Assembly (NCBI GenBank): GCA_013239625.1
Contig: MU053482.1
Coordinates: 1,339,168 to 1,403,167, forward strand
Length of the DNA stretch: 64,000 nucleotides
From: Lama guanicoe
Lineage: Eukaryota
Direction of reading: 5' to 3'
Within the stretch, counting starts at the first letter, position 1, and each line of letters starts with the position of its first letter. The notes under the pieces were generated by a model, which saw nothing but the letters and a program-made list of their open reading frames with translations, made no database searches and was not told where the DNA came from. Below, one piece after another: positions 39,145 to 51,119 of this stretch. Both the position numbers and the translations under genes were made by a program.

Positions 39145-40233
39145 GTGAGTAGCCCGGCCCTCTGGCCCCTGTGTTGTGCAGCAGCTGACTAGTGCCTGGA
39201 GCCAAACCAGGGTGGGCTGCCTGGACCAGGAGGCGCTCCTGGCTTCTGCCCTGCGGTTTTGGTTTCCTTGTCCACTAGTCTTTGTTAGGCCACCTTTGAG
39301 TCCAAGGGAGTGCAGGTCTCTTTATACAGAAATGACTTGCAGGAAGAATCTAGCCTCAGGTGGAAAGGAGCTGGTCTTCCCTCCTAGTGCTGCCTTCACT
39401 CATTTTGCAAAGTAGACAAATTCCCAAGTGTGGGTTCCCTTTGGTCAGGCCCACCTGCACGCCACTCCGGGAGTGCTGTGCGAGGAGCCGGCCCGTCACC
39501 TGGTACTGTGCAGGTGGCCAGCACACAGTCGTCTGTCCAGAGGTCCCGAGGTCATCAAGCGCCAGCGCCACTCACTGGGGCTCTCTGAATCTCACAAAGC
39601 CCCTTTCCTCCTGCCTGAGCCAGAGTCCTCAGACCTTGTCCCCCGGACCGTAGGCCCACCGCCTGGATTTCTGGAGTCCAGGCAGTCCCTGTCCCCAGCA
39701 GCATGGTGATGCCTTAGGTCCAGCTGCAGTCCAAGCACAGACCTCCTTCCCCAAGGGAGCAGGACAGGAAACACGTCTGGGGGAGACAAGCAGAACAGTG
39801 CTGGGGGAAGCTGGAGCTGGGAGGAAGCTAGGGCCGTCCCTGTGACTTCCTGAGGTGCTGGGAGCAGAAAGAGGGGACTGCTCCCCATGGGGTTTCAAGT
39901 CCTCCTCTAAGCTCAGCCTCTGTGCAGACAGCAGCATCCTCTGGGAATCCCCAGTCCCCCCAGGGAACATGAACATCACTAGTGGGACAGCCGGGCCAGA
40001 ATTTCGGGCCCAGAGTCCTGGAGGAGCAGCTCTCCTCGCTCACGAAGATTTATCTGTGGGCCTTTCCCCAGCACAGAAGTTGCTTGCAGAAGCTCTGTTT
40101 TGTTAGGAGTTTTTCTAGAAGCAGCTTGCCTTGCTCCTTCCCTCACGGGCCTGCTCTGAAATGTACTACCAGGGGTAACTGCATACCAGTTTGATAATCA
40201 CTTTCTCATAATCTTGCCTCTGCTGTGTTTTAG

Positions 40234-40428
40234 CCACGGAAACTGGGATTTTCACATTTTGGAAACATAAGGAAAAAGAAGTTTGATGAATCGACAGACT
40301 ACATTTGCCCGATGGAGCCCAGTGACAGTGTCGGTGACAGTCAGAGGGCCTACAGTGGCTACCGGGGCCTCAGCCCCCTCGATGGCCCTGAAATGGACGG
40401 GCTGGACCAGGTGGGACAGATTAGCTGA
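40234..40428 (+). CDS. PPFIBP2: Liprin-beta2 exon, PRKLGFSHFGNIRKKKFDESTDYICPME...DGLDQ, then VGQIS-stop if the donor at 40411 is not used
   Basis: tag| acceptor; CAG|gtggga donor after 40410; in-frame TGA 40426-40428. Confidence 0.94.
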   Translation, partial: PRKLGFSHFGNIRKKKFDESTDYICPMEPSDSVGDSQRAYSGYRGLSPLDGPEMDGLDQVGQIS

Positions 40429-42538
40429 TGCTTTTGTCACCTGTACTGTCTGTGCATCCTGTGAGCTCACGGTTACACCGGGTTTGTCCTCATGTAACTG
40501 CACCTCACCCCGTGTGTGTGCATGACTAGCAGAGAACATTCCAGCCACTGTGTACCCCTGGGCCAGTCTCTGTCTGAACCCTGAGGGTGGCCAGGGTATG
40601 AAGCTGCAACTTTGCTAAGGGGCCAGGCTCTGGGGACTCAGGAGGAAAGACACTTAAAGATGCTTGCACATTTTCAGTGAAGTCTGATTGTCCACCTTCA
40701 GCTCCAGTGGCAACACACAAGCCTGGACACGGTCCAGAGACCACGGACAGTCCCGAGAGGCTCAGCTCTCAGGCCCCTTGGCTGTGCCCCACTTGAGGGC
40801 AATCCCAAGTGCCTTAGGCCTGTGGCCATAGTCTCAGCTGAGACCGAAGGGACAGCAGCAGGGACTTCTGCCACAGTGACAATGTAATTGCCCTGCCTTC
40901 CTTCTGAGGTGGTCACTTTTTTCTGGTAATAATAACCGTATTTATGTAGAGTGCAAAGTGCGCAGCACACCTTCCATCTTGTCGGGAGGCAAGCTCAGCA
41001 CCTCTGGACACGGAGTCCTGCTCGTCTGTCACGTAGCTCGAGAGCCGTTGCCCCTGAGCTGTGTCAGGATCTGCGGGTGTCCTGGGCGAGGGAGATGGAG
41101 CCAGGAGGGATCCCCATCCTTTGAAGGTCTCTGGCCTCGCTTCAGGCTCCACCGCCCCGTGTGCAGCCCAGGGGCACTTTGCATCTCACACGCATTGTGA
41201 CTGGAGGGCACGTCTGTCATGCAGACCCCAAAGTTGTTTCCGTTTCAGTGGCCTGGGTCACCTGGTGAAGGGGGCGTGAGAGACCGGGCGGCCTTGCTGG
41301 AAAAGCCCTCTGTTCTTGCACGTGGTGTGTCTGCTCCGCAGTTACTGACCTAGCTGGGCCCAGAACCCTGTGGGAGTTGGTCTGGAACAGACCTGTCCTG
41401 ATGCAGAGGCCGACTAATTGTCTTCTGGATGGGCCCCGCCTGGCTGAGGACTGGGGGAGGGACACACCTGCCCGACTGGGCTCCTGATCGTGAGATTCCG
41501 GTCTGCCCTAGTGCAGCTCTTGGCTCCACTGGGTCCCCTGGGCCTCATCTGCAGAAACATGACAGAAGCATTTTAACTCGCTGGTGGCCAGGTGGGGCCT
41601 GGTGACCCCGGTTTGAACACTGATTCTGTCTCAGATGAGGGTGATGTGAAGATTTGCTTTTTAAACTACTGGCAGCCTCAGGCCATGGCCTCGGACTCCC
41701 CGTGCAGTCTAGCCTGCAGGAGATTGGGGTACAGGCTCGCCAGCTGGCACGACTGCTGTTTGATCCCAGGGCCGGGACCACTGAAGGACAGGCGCTCCCT
41801 GAGTCTGACACCTGAGCACTGCAGTTTAGAGCCACAGTCAGGGGCAGGCTTTGTCCCTTATCTTTTATTGTGTCCTGATGGGAGAATCTCTGCATGTGCT
41901 GCTGTCAAACCCTGAATAGGATGGTTATGCCACTAATCCTCTGTGCAGCCTTAAGCAAGGCCTGTATGACTTTGTGGGCCTCAGTTCTCCCACCAGCAAA
42001 ATGAGGGGTTATACTCAGTGTCCTCAGAGGATGCTTCCAAATCTAAACTGCCCAAATAGGTTTAAGGAAGAAGGGGCGGGCCAGCATTACCTGAGGAGGG
42101 GAAGGAGGCTCCTGGGAGTGAGGATGCCCGGCTACACCTGTCAGTGTCTGGGGTCCTGCTGGTGCCAGAAATGATGTGCTCAGCACCCTGAAGGCCTTCA
42201 TCCCTGTTGCTCTGCCCCTGGAGAGAGCTGGAACACTGAGCATGTGCGACAGGGCTGCTCCAGCTGCCCTGTCTGTGCCCTGCTCCTGTGTACTTTAGTT
42301 CTGGTGCCAGGGTGGGGATGCAGGAGAGAGTGTGCATGACTGGGGGACACAGGAAGCTCTCCCTTTCCCAAGGACAAAGGCAGCATGTGCCCCACCCATC
42401 TGTCACTCCCCAGGACCTGGCCCACTCCTTGCCTCTTCCCCCAGGGAGCATGCCTGAGCAGGCTAGGGCATGCATGCCACCTCTGCGACTCACAAGCTTG
42501 GCCCAAGCGTGCTGACCAGGCTGCTGCCCGTTTTACAG

Positions 42539-42604
42539 ATGGCACCTTCGGAAGGCACCGTGACGCAGATAGGGCTCCTCTCCCAAGACATTCACCGCCT
42601 CACG
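42539..42604 (+). CDS. PPFIBP2: Liprin-beta2 long C-terminus exon, MAPSEGTVTQIGLLSQDIHRLT
   Basis: cag| ... |gtagga, 66 nt, phase 0-0; resembles the liprin-beta1 C-terminal segment. Confidence 0.88.
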
Positions 42605-43418
42605 GTAGGACTCTGGCCCTCTCTCCACAGTAGGACAGGTACTGGGGAGGCCCTGGGAGTCTGGTGTGGTGGTGCACAAGGCCTGGCGCAGCCCCCGTGC
42701 CTATCTGAACCTGTGTCATCAGCATCTCTGCTGGGGGAGGAGCAGCAGGTGGGGCTGGGTGCCGGAGTCAACCCTGAGGCAGAAGGCAGCCCAGAGGCCT
42801 CTGTTAGCCTGCCGCTAGCCTTCTAAAGGTGCCCGGTCTCAGACCCTCTTCCCAGGCTGAGAGACGGTGAGGAAACCAGGGTGCTCAGCAGCTCTAGGTC
42901 ACCTGCCTAGTCAGCCCAAATCCCAGGCCTCATGCCCAGCCTGGTGGACACCGTTCTGCCCTCTCTGTCCATGAGACACACGTATTTCCTACTACGCCTC
43001 TGACTGCACGGGCCTGTGAGCGCATCACAGTGTGTCCAGTGGGGAAGCAGCTTAGTCCTGGGCAAGATGAGCCATTCTGGAGGGAGGCTGACCTGGTCCC
43101 TGTCTGCGACCTTGGGCAAATCACTCTCTCTGAGCCCTGACTTCCTTATCTGTAAAGCAGAATAATAGCCTCCTTGCACGGCGGGTAGGCAGACTGGAGC
43201 TGGCGGTGCAAGGCCGGTCCCAGAAGGACTGCCCCAGCACCGAGCCCACAGGCCGCAGCAAGTGTCCCTGCTGAGTCCTTGTTGCTGTTTTCCTGACTTA
43301 CTGCGGCAGGTTAAGAAGACGAGGTTGGGGAGCATCTCCATGAATCTGAACAGGATTCACTTTTTTTCAACTTGTGTTTTCTTGGCTCTCACACTGAAAT
43401 GAATCCACCCAGCCTTGC

Positions 43419-43454
43419 CCTTATCACTTCTGATTGCCTTATCACTTCTGATTG
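43419..43454. repeat. Perfect 18-bp tandem duplication (ccttatcacttctgattg twice)
   Basis: Read directly: 43419-43436 and 43437-43454. Confidence 0.9.
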
Positions 43455-43687
43455 ATAGGCCTCTGGCGGCCCTGAAATAGCAACCTGACCTCCAAGGTAC
43501 AAGCAGTTTATTCTTGATAGTGTTGTCTATTCTAACCCAACACGTGGGGCCCCTGAGACCCCATGAGCTTAGAGGACACAGGTGTCAGATGGGGCACACC
43601 CAGTGCCCCACTGCTTCACCTGTAGTGGCCACAGGACAGCCTTGACCAGAACGCTGTTGAACCCCAGCTGTGGCCATGTCCTTTCAG

Positions 43688-43744
43688 ACCATGCTGACCC
43701 AAGACCAGCTGCTGACTGACTCCCACCTGGCCGCTCCCAACTGA
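43688..43744 (+). CDS. PPFIBP2: Liprin-beta2 distal terminal exon, TMLTQDQLLTDSHLAAPN-stop
   Basis: ctttcag| acceptor, phase 0, TGA 43742-43744. Confidence 0.8.
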   Translation, partial: TMLTQDQLLTDSHLAAPN

Positions 43745-44061
43745 CGACTGGAGATGACGCTTACTGGCTGAGGGCCTGGTCAGGCACGTGTAGGGCCCGA
43801 GTCTGCAATGGGGGGGTGGCCCACAGCCACCTGCAGAGCCCAGGCCTGGCAGCAGGGCATCTCCGACAGCCGACAGGACAAAGTGGGGCATGTTCACTAC
43901 ACCACGCCCCTAGTGGCAGGACTGGGTAATACAGAAGTCAGATGCCTGAAGAGGCAGGCCACGTTCCAGTCTGTCCGTCCTTCCTTTCCTCCCTCCCTTC
44001 TCTCCTCTCCTTCCCCCCTCCCAAACAGAACCACACTCATCCCATATCTCCTGCACTTAAC

Positions 44062-44067
44062 TTTATT
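44062..44067 (-). terminator. CYB5R2: Probable CYB5R2 poly(A) signal AATAAA
   Basis: tttatt on + strand about 240 nt past the CYB5R2 stop. Confidence 0.6.
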
Positions 44068-44302
44068 TCAATAAGCTATGGGGAGGGGGATACTGAAATG
44101 AAATTCCTCAGGCCTCCCCCAAGCAAGGAAACCGGAACCCACTCTCTCCATCCTCTTGCATTCTTCTTCACCCCACACCAAAGAGAGGAGCACCAGGTAC
44201 CCAAGGTGCATTACAAGTCACTTCCCTGTTTAACATGGTGAAGCTGAGCTCACTTAGAAAGATGAAGGCGACTAGACAAATTTGGTCAGAGCAAGGGCGG
44301 TG

Positions 44303-44475
44303 TTAGTAGGTGAAAATCATATCCTTGGTGTAACCCAGTTTCTCCAGGTTTGGGTGTGCAGCTGTCTGGATCAGGGCTAGTGGGCCACATACCAGGATGA
44401 ATGTGGACCTCCCAGGAGGCGGGAGGTGCTCTTTGATCATATCCTCGGTAATGAAGCCTGAGCTGTACTTCCAGC
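44303..44475 (-). CDS. CYB5R2: CYB5R2 last coding exon, (G)WKYSSGFITEDMIKEHLPPPGRSTFILVCGPLALIQTAAHPNLEKLGYTKDMIFTY-stop
   Basis: cag| acceptor, 173 nt to TAA; cytochrome b5 reductase C-terminus. Confidence 0.97.
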
Positions 44476-45351
44476 CTGAGATCAAGCAGAAGAAAGCTGT
44501 TGGGGAGGCCAGATAGCTTCACTGACCCCTGGCCTCTCGACCACCCGCCCTCCCTCGCTCAAGCGAGAAAGAGGGAGACAAGCCTGCTCGCCAAGGCCTA
44601 GACACTGTTCTCTGCAGAGAGCTGGGAGTAGAGGACATGGGGGACCCAGGCAGCCCTCTTCAATATCTCAGATCTCAGTCTCACTGCTGGGACTCTGACG
44701 CCCTGGTGCTGGTGTCTGCCTGCTGTAAGCACTGGCGAGAGTGAGATAAAGGTACCCAGGTGTGGTGTGACTCAAAGCAGTCTGGTGGAGGAGAGCTGTA
44801 CTGGGCAGCGTGCCCTGTGGCATTTGGGGGCTGCTCAGTCGGTTGGGTGGCGCCCTCTGCTGGACAGCGAGCTGTATGACAAGGCAGGCACAGCTCTGGA
44901 CAGTGAGGGCCTGTAGGGTGTTGTGTTGTGGCTGGGAGCTAACTGGGGCTGCAGCAGCTGTATGGGACTCAGCTTGTAAGGACTGCTATCCTCAGCAAGG
45001 TGAGTGGTGCAGAGTCAGAGGAGTCAGTGGCCGTGTCAGATGTAGTGTGAGTGATGGCTCTGTGGGATGCCGTGTGGAGGGGGTGTTCAGGGTGGCCTGG
45101 GGCCTCTGTGTTCCTGATGTTCAGTGCAGTGTGCAGCGTGCTGCTGATACTAGACGCCTGCCCTAGGCTGCCCTTACAAGCAGGTCATCCCAAATCCTCT
45201 CTTCCTCAACTTCCTGAATTTCCCCTGTGGCAACATGGCCCAAGGCCTCAGCCACCAAGCCCAGATCTAACCAACCAACCAACCCACCCACCCAGGGACT
45301 AGTCATTGACTGAGTTAAGGGGACCCATAGCAGGGACACTGGGGACCATAC

Positions 45352-45451
45352 CAACAGGAGGCCTGTCCAGGGTGTACCACAGTTTGAACTGCTTTGGATG
45401 GGTTCTGGCAACTTCTTCAAGCTCTTTTCTCAACAAGATATCCTCCTCTGT
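45352..45451 (-). CDS. CYB5R2: CYB5R2 exon, [33 protein letters not shown]
   Basis: tag| ... |gtatgg, 100 nt, phase 0-1. Confidence 0.96.
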
Positions 45452-46393
45452 CTAGAAGAGAAGCAACATGAGCCACGTCCTTCCAGGGTATCCCACCTGT
45501 TCCCAGACCCAGCACACGGGTCAGGGCACACCCGCCCCAGTCACCCAGCTCTAGCTTGGGTACTCACTGCCAGCTCTGCGGCAAATTCTGCCGCGGCTCC
45601 TGCACACAAACCCCCTCTTGTAGGGGGGAGGCGCTGGGTGACTGCCCTCAAGCCAGAGGACATGGCTGAGCCCTAGGGGTACCAGCCCCACCACCAGCAT
45701 CCACTCTGAGCGCCAGGCAAGGCAAATCCGTACTGTCCTGGGATCTGCAGGGACTGCGAGGGACCAGGGCAGTGATCTATGACAGTGTACATAGTCTGCA
45801 GCACTGGAGAGCTACAGGAGCGAGGCAGAGGCTGGAGCCTCCACTGGGGAAAGTGAGCCAAAGCCTCAGAGATGCTGCCCACAAGACCCGGATCTTAAAA
45901 CTCATCCCGATCCTTGTCCCAGTGATTCCACTTCTGCAATTCTGTTTAAGAAAATCACCTAAGCGTGATAAAGCCTCAACACAATTATTCAGTGCTGTAT
46001 TGTTTGTAACTGTGAAAACTGAAAACAACCTGAATGTGGAAGATTTAGTAAAGGACGGTACAACTTGGTATAGACTCAGATGAAAATATTTATAGAGTTT
46101 TAAAGAGAGGAAGAGGCCTGTGTGGCAATGATGAGTGAAAAAACCCCAAAAATGAAAAACTGTATGTGTAATTGTAAATATACACCATATATAGAAAAGA
46201 TTTTAAAAAAGTAAAACATTTGTTTGCTTCTGTATTTTCTGAAATTTCCACTAAGGGCATCTATGATTTTATAAACAGAATTATGTACCAAATAAGGAAG
46301 GAAAGTTTAGTGCTTGTGGGGAGACGAGAGTTAAAAAAAAACCCAAACAAATGGAAAAATAGGCCTGACTCAGGGCTGACTCCGCAGACTGAC

Positions 46394-46479
46394 CTGGTTG
46401 GCAAAGATGAGAGACATCCTGGTCCTGTCACTGGGCTTCTTGGTGATGCAGCGGATGAGCTGCAGCATGGGCGTGATCC
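46394..46479 (-). CDS. CYB5R2: CYB5R2 exon, (G)ITPMLQLIRCITKKPSDRTRMSLIFANQ
   Basis: cag| ... |gtcagt, 86 nt, phase 1-0; completes the GGTGITPM NADH-binding motif. Confidence 0.96.
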
Positions 46480-47226
46480 CTGGAACACAGTCAGCGGGCA
46501 GGCTGGCTGTCCCTCCCCATCTCCTGCCCACAGTCCCCGGGCGGCAGCAGCTTCGTGAGTTTCCCTGGCCCTGATTTTACTTTTCTCACTTCTATCCCCA
46601 GAACTCCAGGTGGGGACCCACCCTTCATTTTTGTTTTCCCTTCTGATGCAACAATAAAGCAAAAGCCCATCATGTTTACACAGCAAGACGGAGGGAGCAC
46701 TGGCTTTGGAATCGGGCTGCATTTCACACCCAGCTCCCTCACTAACTGTCCGACCAAGGTGAGTCAGGCACATCTGAGCTCTTTAGTGTCCCCATTTCTA
46801 AAACAGATTTAATGGCGAGTAAATGTGATAGTTTTATAAGTGCCCGTTTTGGTGCCTGGCATGTTGTAGTTCTTGCCACATTTGCTCTCATCTTCCAGGC
46901 ATTCAGTTTCAAGGGATGGGGAGCAGCAGCCTTGAACAGGCTCTAAGAGTCCTTGGGAGACCACATGTGGACTTGCCCAGGCTGGCCCCTAGCCTCTGCC
47001 CTGTTCCCAGCCTGACCTGAGAGGTTCCAGGGGCTCCCGGGGGAGCCCCCATGTTGGCTAAGGGGAGCGGGGTGCACAGGGTCAGTGTCAAGATACATCA
47101 TTGTCCCTGCGCTCCCATCTAAAACAGAAGGAATCTCTCCCATCACCCCTTGTAAGACCAAATGACTCCGAAGCCAGAAAGGTGTCAGAGCTGACCCTGT
47201 GGTTCAGGCCCCCAGTAGCCTCTTAC

Positions 47227-47310
47227 CTGTGCCCCCGGCAATCATTCCCAGGTGATGGACCAGTTTATTTTCAGGCTCACTCATTTTGTACGGCTTGATG
47301 GCAAACTTCC
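47227..47310 (-). CDS. CYB5R2: CYB5R2 exon, (G)KFAIKPYKMSEPENKLVHHLGMIAGGT
   Basis: cag| ... |gtaaga, 84 nt, phase 1-1. Confidence 0.96.
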
Positions 47311-47912
47311 CTGAAACACAGAGAATACTTCTGACGCCTGAAGCTCTTGACTGAGAGCCTGCAGAACCTCATGGACGTTTTCCTTGGGATTCCCAGGAAG
47401 CAAGTCCACCCAAGGGAGTGGATGCACCATTTTTTGCCAGAGGAGCAAGCCAGAGTGCCCTCTTTGGCCAGCCCAGGTTCACTGCTGCCCAAGGTGGCAG
47501 GAGAGCCGGGGTATCCTCGGGGAATAACTGGGCCTTTTCTTCTGAGGAAGGAGGGAGACATGCTGAAGCTAACACGGAGCCTCACACAGCACTCTTACCC
47601 AGTGTGAATGAGTGTAAATGATGAGTGTGTGGGTAAAAGGATGAGTGCACTCCACCCACCCACCATCCATCTTTCAGCATTAGCAAGTGCCTTTCGTGTC
47701 TCAGGCGTTGTGCTGGAGATACAGTGATGAGGAAACACCAAATCACCCCTGTACCTTCATGATGCTGATAATCTCCTCCAGTGTGAATGAACGTAGGAAG
47801 ACTTGAGGGAAAAGTCCACGTGACTCAAATCTGAGTAGTTTTCTAGAACCATGTAACAGCCTTAGGGATCTTCCCCCTCCCAGCTAGAGGCCCAGTGTGA
47901 ACCCCCCAGTAC

Positions 47913-48042
47913 CTGACCCCTGATAGAACAGGCGCCCGGATGGCCCTCGAAAAAGGATGGTGTCCCCAATTTTCATGTTCTCCAAGTACTGAGTCATCTT
48001 CCCCCCTTCTGGATGATTAGGGTGTACATTTTTGAAGTAGAT
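47913..48042 (-). CDS. CYB5R2: CYB5R2 exon, [43 protein letters not shown]
   Basis: cag| ... |gtactg, 130 nt, phase 0-1; GKMT flavin-binding motif. Confidence 0.96.
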
Positions 48043-48305
48043 CTGAAAAATAAGGCAGCATAGTTTTCATACCTTAGACCCGAGGCCATGGCCACACACA
48101 ACTCAAAAATCTGTCTGCCACCAGAAACCACGCAGAGAAAATCCTCTGCACTCACCCTAAGCAGCCCCTGAAGACTGCCGCAGGTCAGCAGCTTCACTGT
48201 TACGTGACACTGCTGGGAAGCCCTGTCCTGGGCACGTGTTCCTTCCCCACCACCCTGAACAGGCTTGTGAGGGTGACGTGGCTGGACTTGGTAGGCATCA
48301 TTTAC

Positions 48306-48412
48306 CTTTATGATTAAGTCCACAAAGCCAAGATCATCATCACTGGACACAGGCGTATAAGCCCTGATCACCAAAACATCATCAATTTTGGCCAAGAGAT
48401 GAACATAGTTAC
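48306..48412 (-). CDS. CYB5R2: CYB5R2 exon, (G)[35 protein letters not shown]
   Basis: tag| ... |gtaaat, 107 nt, phase 1-0; RxYTP FAD-binding motif. Confidence 0.97.
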
Positions 48413-50660
48413 CTACAGAGAAAGCACTAAATGTTAACGACCAAGCAGGGCCAGCCTAAACAGGACCCAGGATTGCTCTAAAGGACTGAGCCTGGGATAG
48501 GGGCAGGGTGCACAGCGCAGCAGGGTGTATGGGGGGAGGGGCCCAAGTCCAGGACACCCAGATCCTAGGCCTGCTCTCATCACTCCATGTGCAATCCTGG
48601 GTAAGTCACTTCACCCCTATGTACTTGCCCTGGTTCCATCACAGTGTAGTGGTGAGCATCACATACAGGAAACCTACCATCAGGGTGTGCTTACTGTGTC
48701 AAAGTGCTCTGTGGAGCAGGAAGAGCTAATTAAAGCTGGAGGCTGAATATTAGAAATTACAGAAAGGTGTTTCCCTTTTAAAGCCAAATATGCTGCCTTC
48801 CCAAAGTCATTTCTTCCTAAACTGGATGTAGCACTGGAGTCTAGGAACGAGTCACAGCCCCTCATCTGTACCCCGCTGCCTGGCACAGAGCAGCCTGGGC
48901 TCACAGGTACGCAGGACCCCAGGATTCAGACACCCATGGGCCAGGTGTTCCAGCAGGACCACTGTGGCACCATGGTTCTGCTGAAGGGCAGTGGTGAAGT
49001 TCTGAACCATGTAATTCTGCCCGTCCAGGGTGGAAATGAACAGACCAGGTGTGGCCAGAGACCTACGAGTCATGACTACATCCCAGCATGACACGGTGAA
49101 CTGGGCCACTCACATTTCTGTTGGAACATGGGAGACCAGTGACTAAAGCAATTAGTGGTGAAGCAGAAGCTGCAATCGAGAGATGCTGAGAGACAGAAGC
49201 AAGGGAAAATTCTGTGTCAGTATCTGAGGGAAGAGAGGCTGTGCCTGCACCAGACAGAGGGAACAGATGTGCAGCCAGAAGTGAGACCTAGGGACAGACA
49301 GAGAAGAGGAGGAAAGGGGGACAAGGAGGGAGGGGACACAAGAGGGGCATGAGCTAGAGCCTTTGAGGGACCCTGAAGCCTGAGGCTCAAACACTCTGGG
49401 CTCAGAAAGGACAGGCTCGACAAGACCCTGGCTGTGGCGCAGCTGGGCACCTGGGCTACCCAGGAATAATCACCTGAGGCAGCTTCCTGCTGAGAACTAA
49501 TCTGATACTGGAAACCTTAGAAAGGCTCTTGCAGATCCCACCAACCTGGCCCTGGCCTGGCAGCCACCCCAGAGAAAACGGCCTCATCTACAGCCAGCTT
49601 TGCTTCAGCGGAGCTGGGAAGCATGAGCAGTCTCCAGAGGCTCTCCCAGATGCCTCTCAATTAACTGGTCCCCCTAAACTGTGCGCTGCCGGCGCTGAGG
49701 ACAGAGTGGGTCATGACAGTTTCTAAGATATTCTGTTTCTCAGAGGTTTCCATTCTTTAGCCTTCTCGCCAACAGGACTGACCACACGGGCTGAGCTGGA
49801 AGGCAGGCTCATGCTGAGCTCTCACGGCTGAAGACAGAGAGAAGCAGCAGCACAGAGGCTGGGGGGCCAGGCTGGCTGCCTCGTGGGTAATTTCATTGCC
49901 TTAAGAGGTGACATCAAGGTTCTGTCCCGTGCACACAAGCCAAGTAGGCTGTGGAAGATATCCATCAGGCAGGCAAGCAGCACTAGCAATCTGTGCAAAG
50001 TTCCAGGAAGTAGGCCTAGCAGAGTACTAAGACTGACAGCCATCTGCTGGCAGGACAGATTGGAAACCGGCTAACTCGGAACTCTAGGACTGCTAGGGCT
50101 GGTGTCCACAATGGACCCCTCCTTGAGTGGGCGTGAGGCCCCTGCTGAGAAACCACATACTGTGTGTGGTGGGGAACATCTGACTCCCTCCTGCCTCCCA
50201 GACATTCTGGACCTTTCTCCTGACTGTATGAGAATGTCAGTTCTTCCCATCCCTCCCATGGGCACAGCACTTTACACTTCCTGAATTTTCACATCCATCA
50301 ATCACTTAATCCTCACAACAGAAGCGGCAGACAGGCCTTGGGAAACCCCATTTCATAGACTGAGGCTCAGAGAGGTTGAGGGACTTGCCTAAAGTTGCCC
50401 AGCAAGGAGCAGGCAACAAGATCTTAGACCTTCTGATGCTAGACTCACTTCTTTTCAATGCTCATTAAGGTATCACTTTTGTGTCAGCCCAAATGGACAA
50501 TGAAAAAGCGAATGAACTGTCCCCAACCCCCTCTCCCTACCTCTCTGAGCTCATGTGGCTCAGGAAAGGTAGCAGGGCAACCTTTAAACCCCAGCTGAGT
50601 TTCTGGCAGCAGAGTGCCTGCAAGGCCCAGGTCCCAGTGATGACACCAAACCCCACTCAC

Positions 50661-50733
50661 CTACAGGAAGCCCTAAGGCGTGGTCTGGTGATGGCAGTCC
50701 AAAGCGGAACCTCCGGGTGTTGTGACTGATTTG
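50661..50733 (-). CDS. CYB5R2: CYB5R2 exon, [24 protein letters not shown]
   Basis: tag| ... |gtgagt, 73 nt, phase 0-1. Confidence 0.96.
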
Positions 50734-50975
50734 CTAATAAAACAGAAAACAGAGGCAAGCTCTGTCAGCTTTCTGGAAGCCCTGTTGGGCAGCTCAGATG
50801 GGAAAGAGCTCCCAGCAGATACACACAACAGGCAGTGGCAGTGGGGAGCAAACGAGAGGCCACGAAATGCGTGTCCAACTGCCCTGTCTCCCCAGCCGGC
50901 ACATTCCCCACCACTTCGTCTTCCTCTCGCTTCACCCACCCCACCCCCGACAACAGAGGAGGGCTGAACCATCAC

Positions 50976-51119
50976 CTCTTTCTCAATCAAGGGCAGAGGG
51001 TACTTGGTTTCAGGGTCCTGTAAGGTGATAGGATGTCTCCTCTTGAAGTTCATGTTCTTCAGGGCCAACAGGAGCACAGTGACCCCAATAACAGTGATGG
51101 CGAGGAGCAGGGCCGGGTC
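50976..51119 (-). CDS. CYB5R2: CYB5R2 exon 2, DPALLLAITVIGVTVLLLALKN-MNFKRRHPITLQDPETKYPLPLIEKE
   Basis: tag| ... |gtgatg, 144 nt, open throughout; the internal ATG (MNF) gives 276 aa to the stop. Confidence 0.93.
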
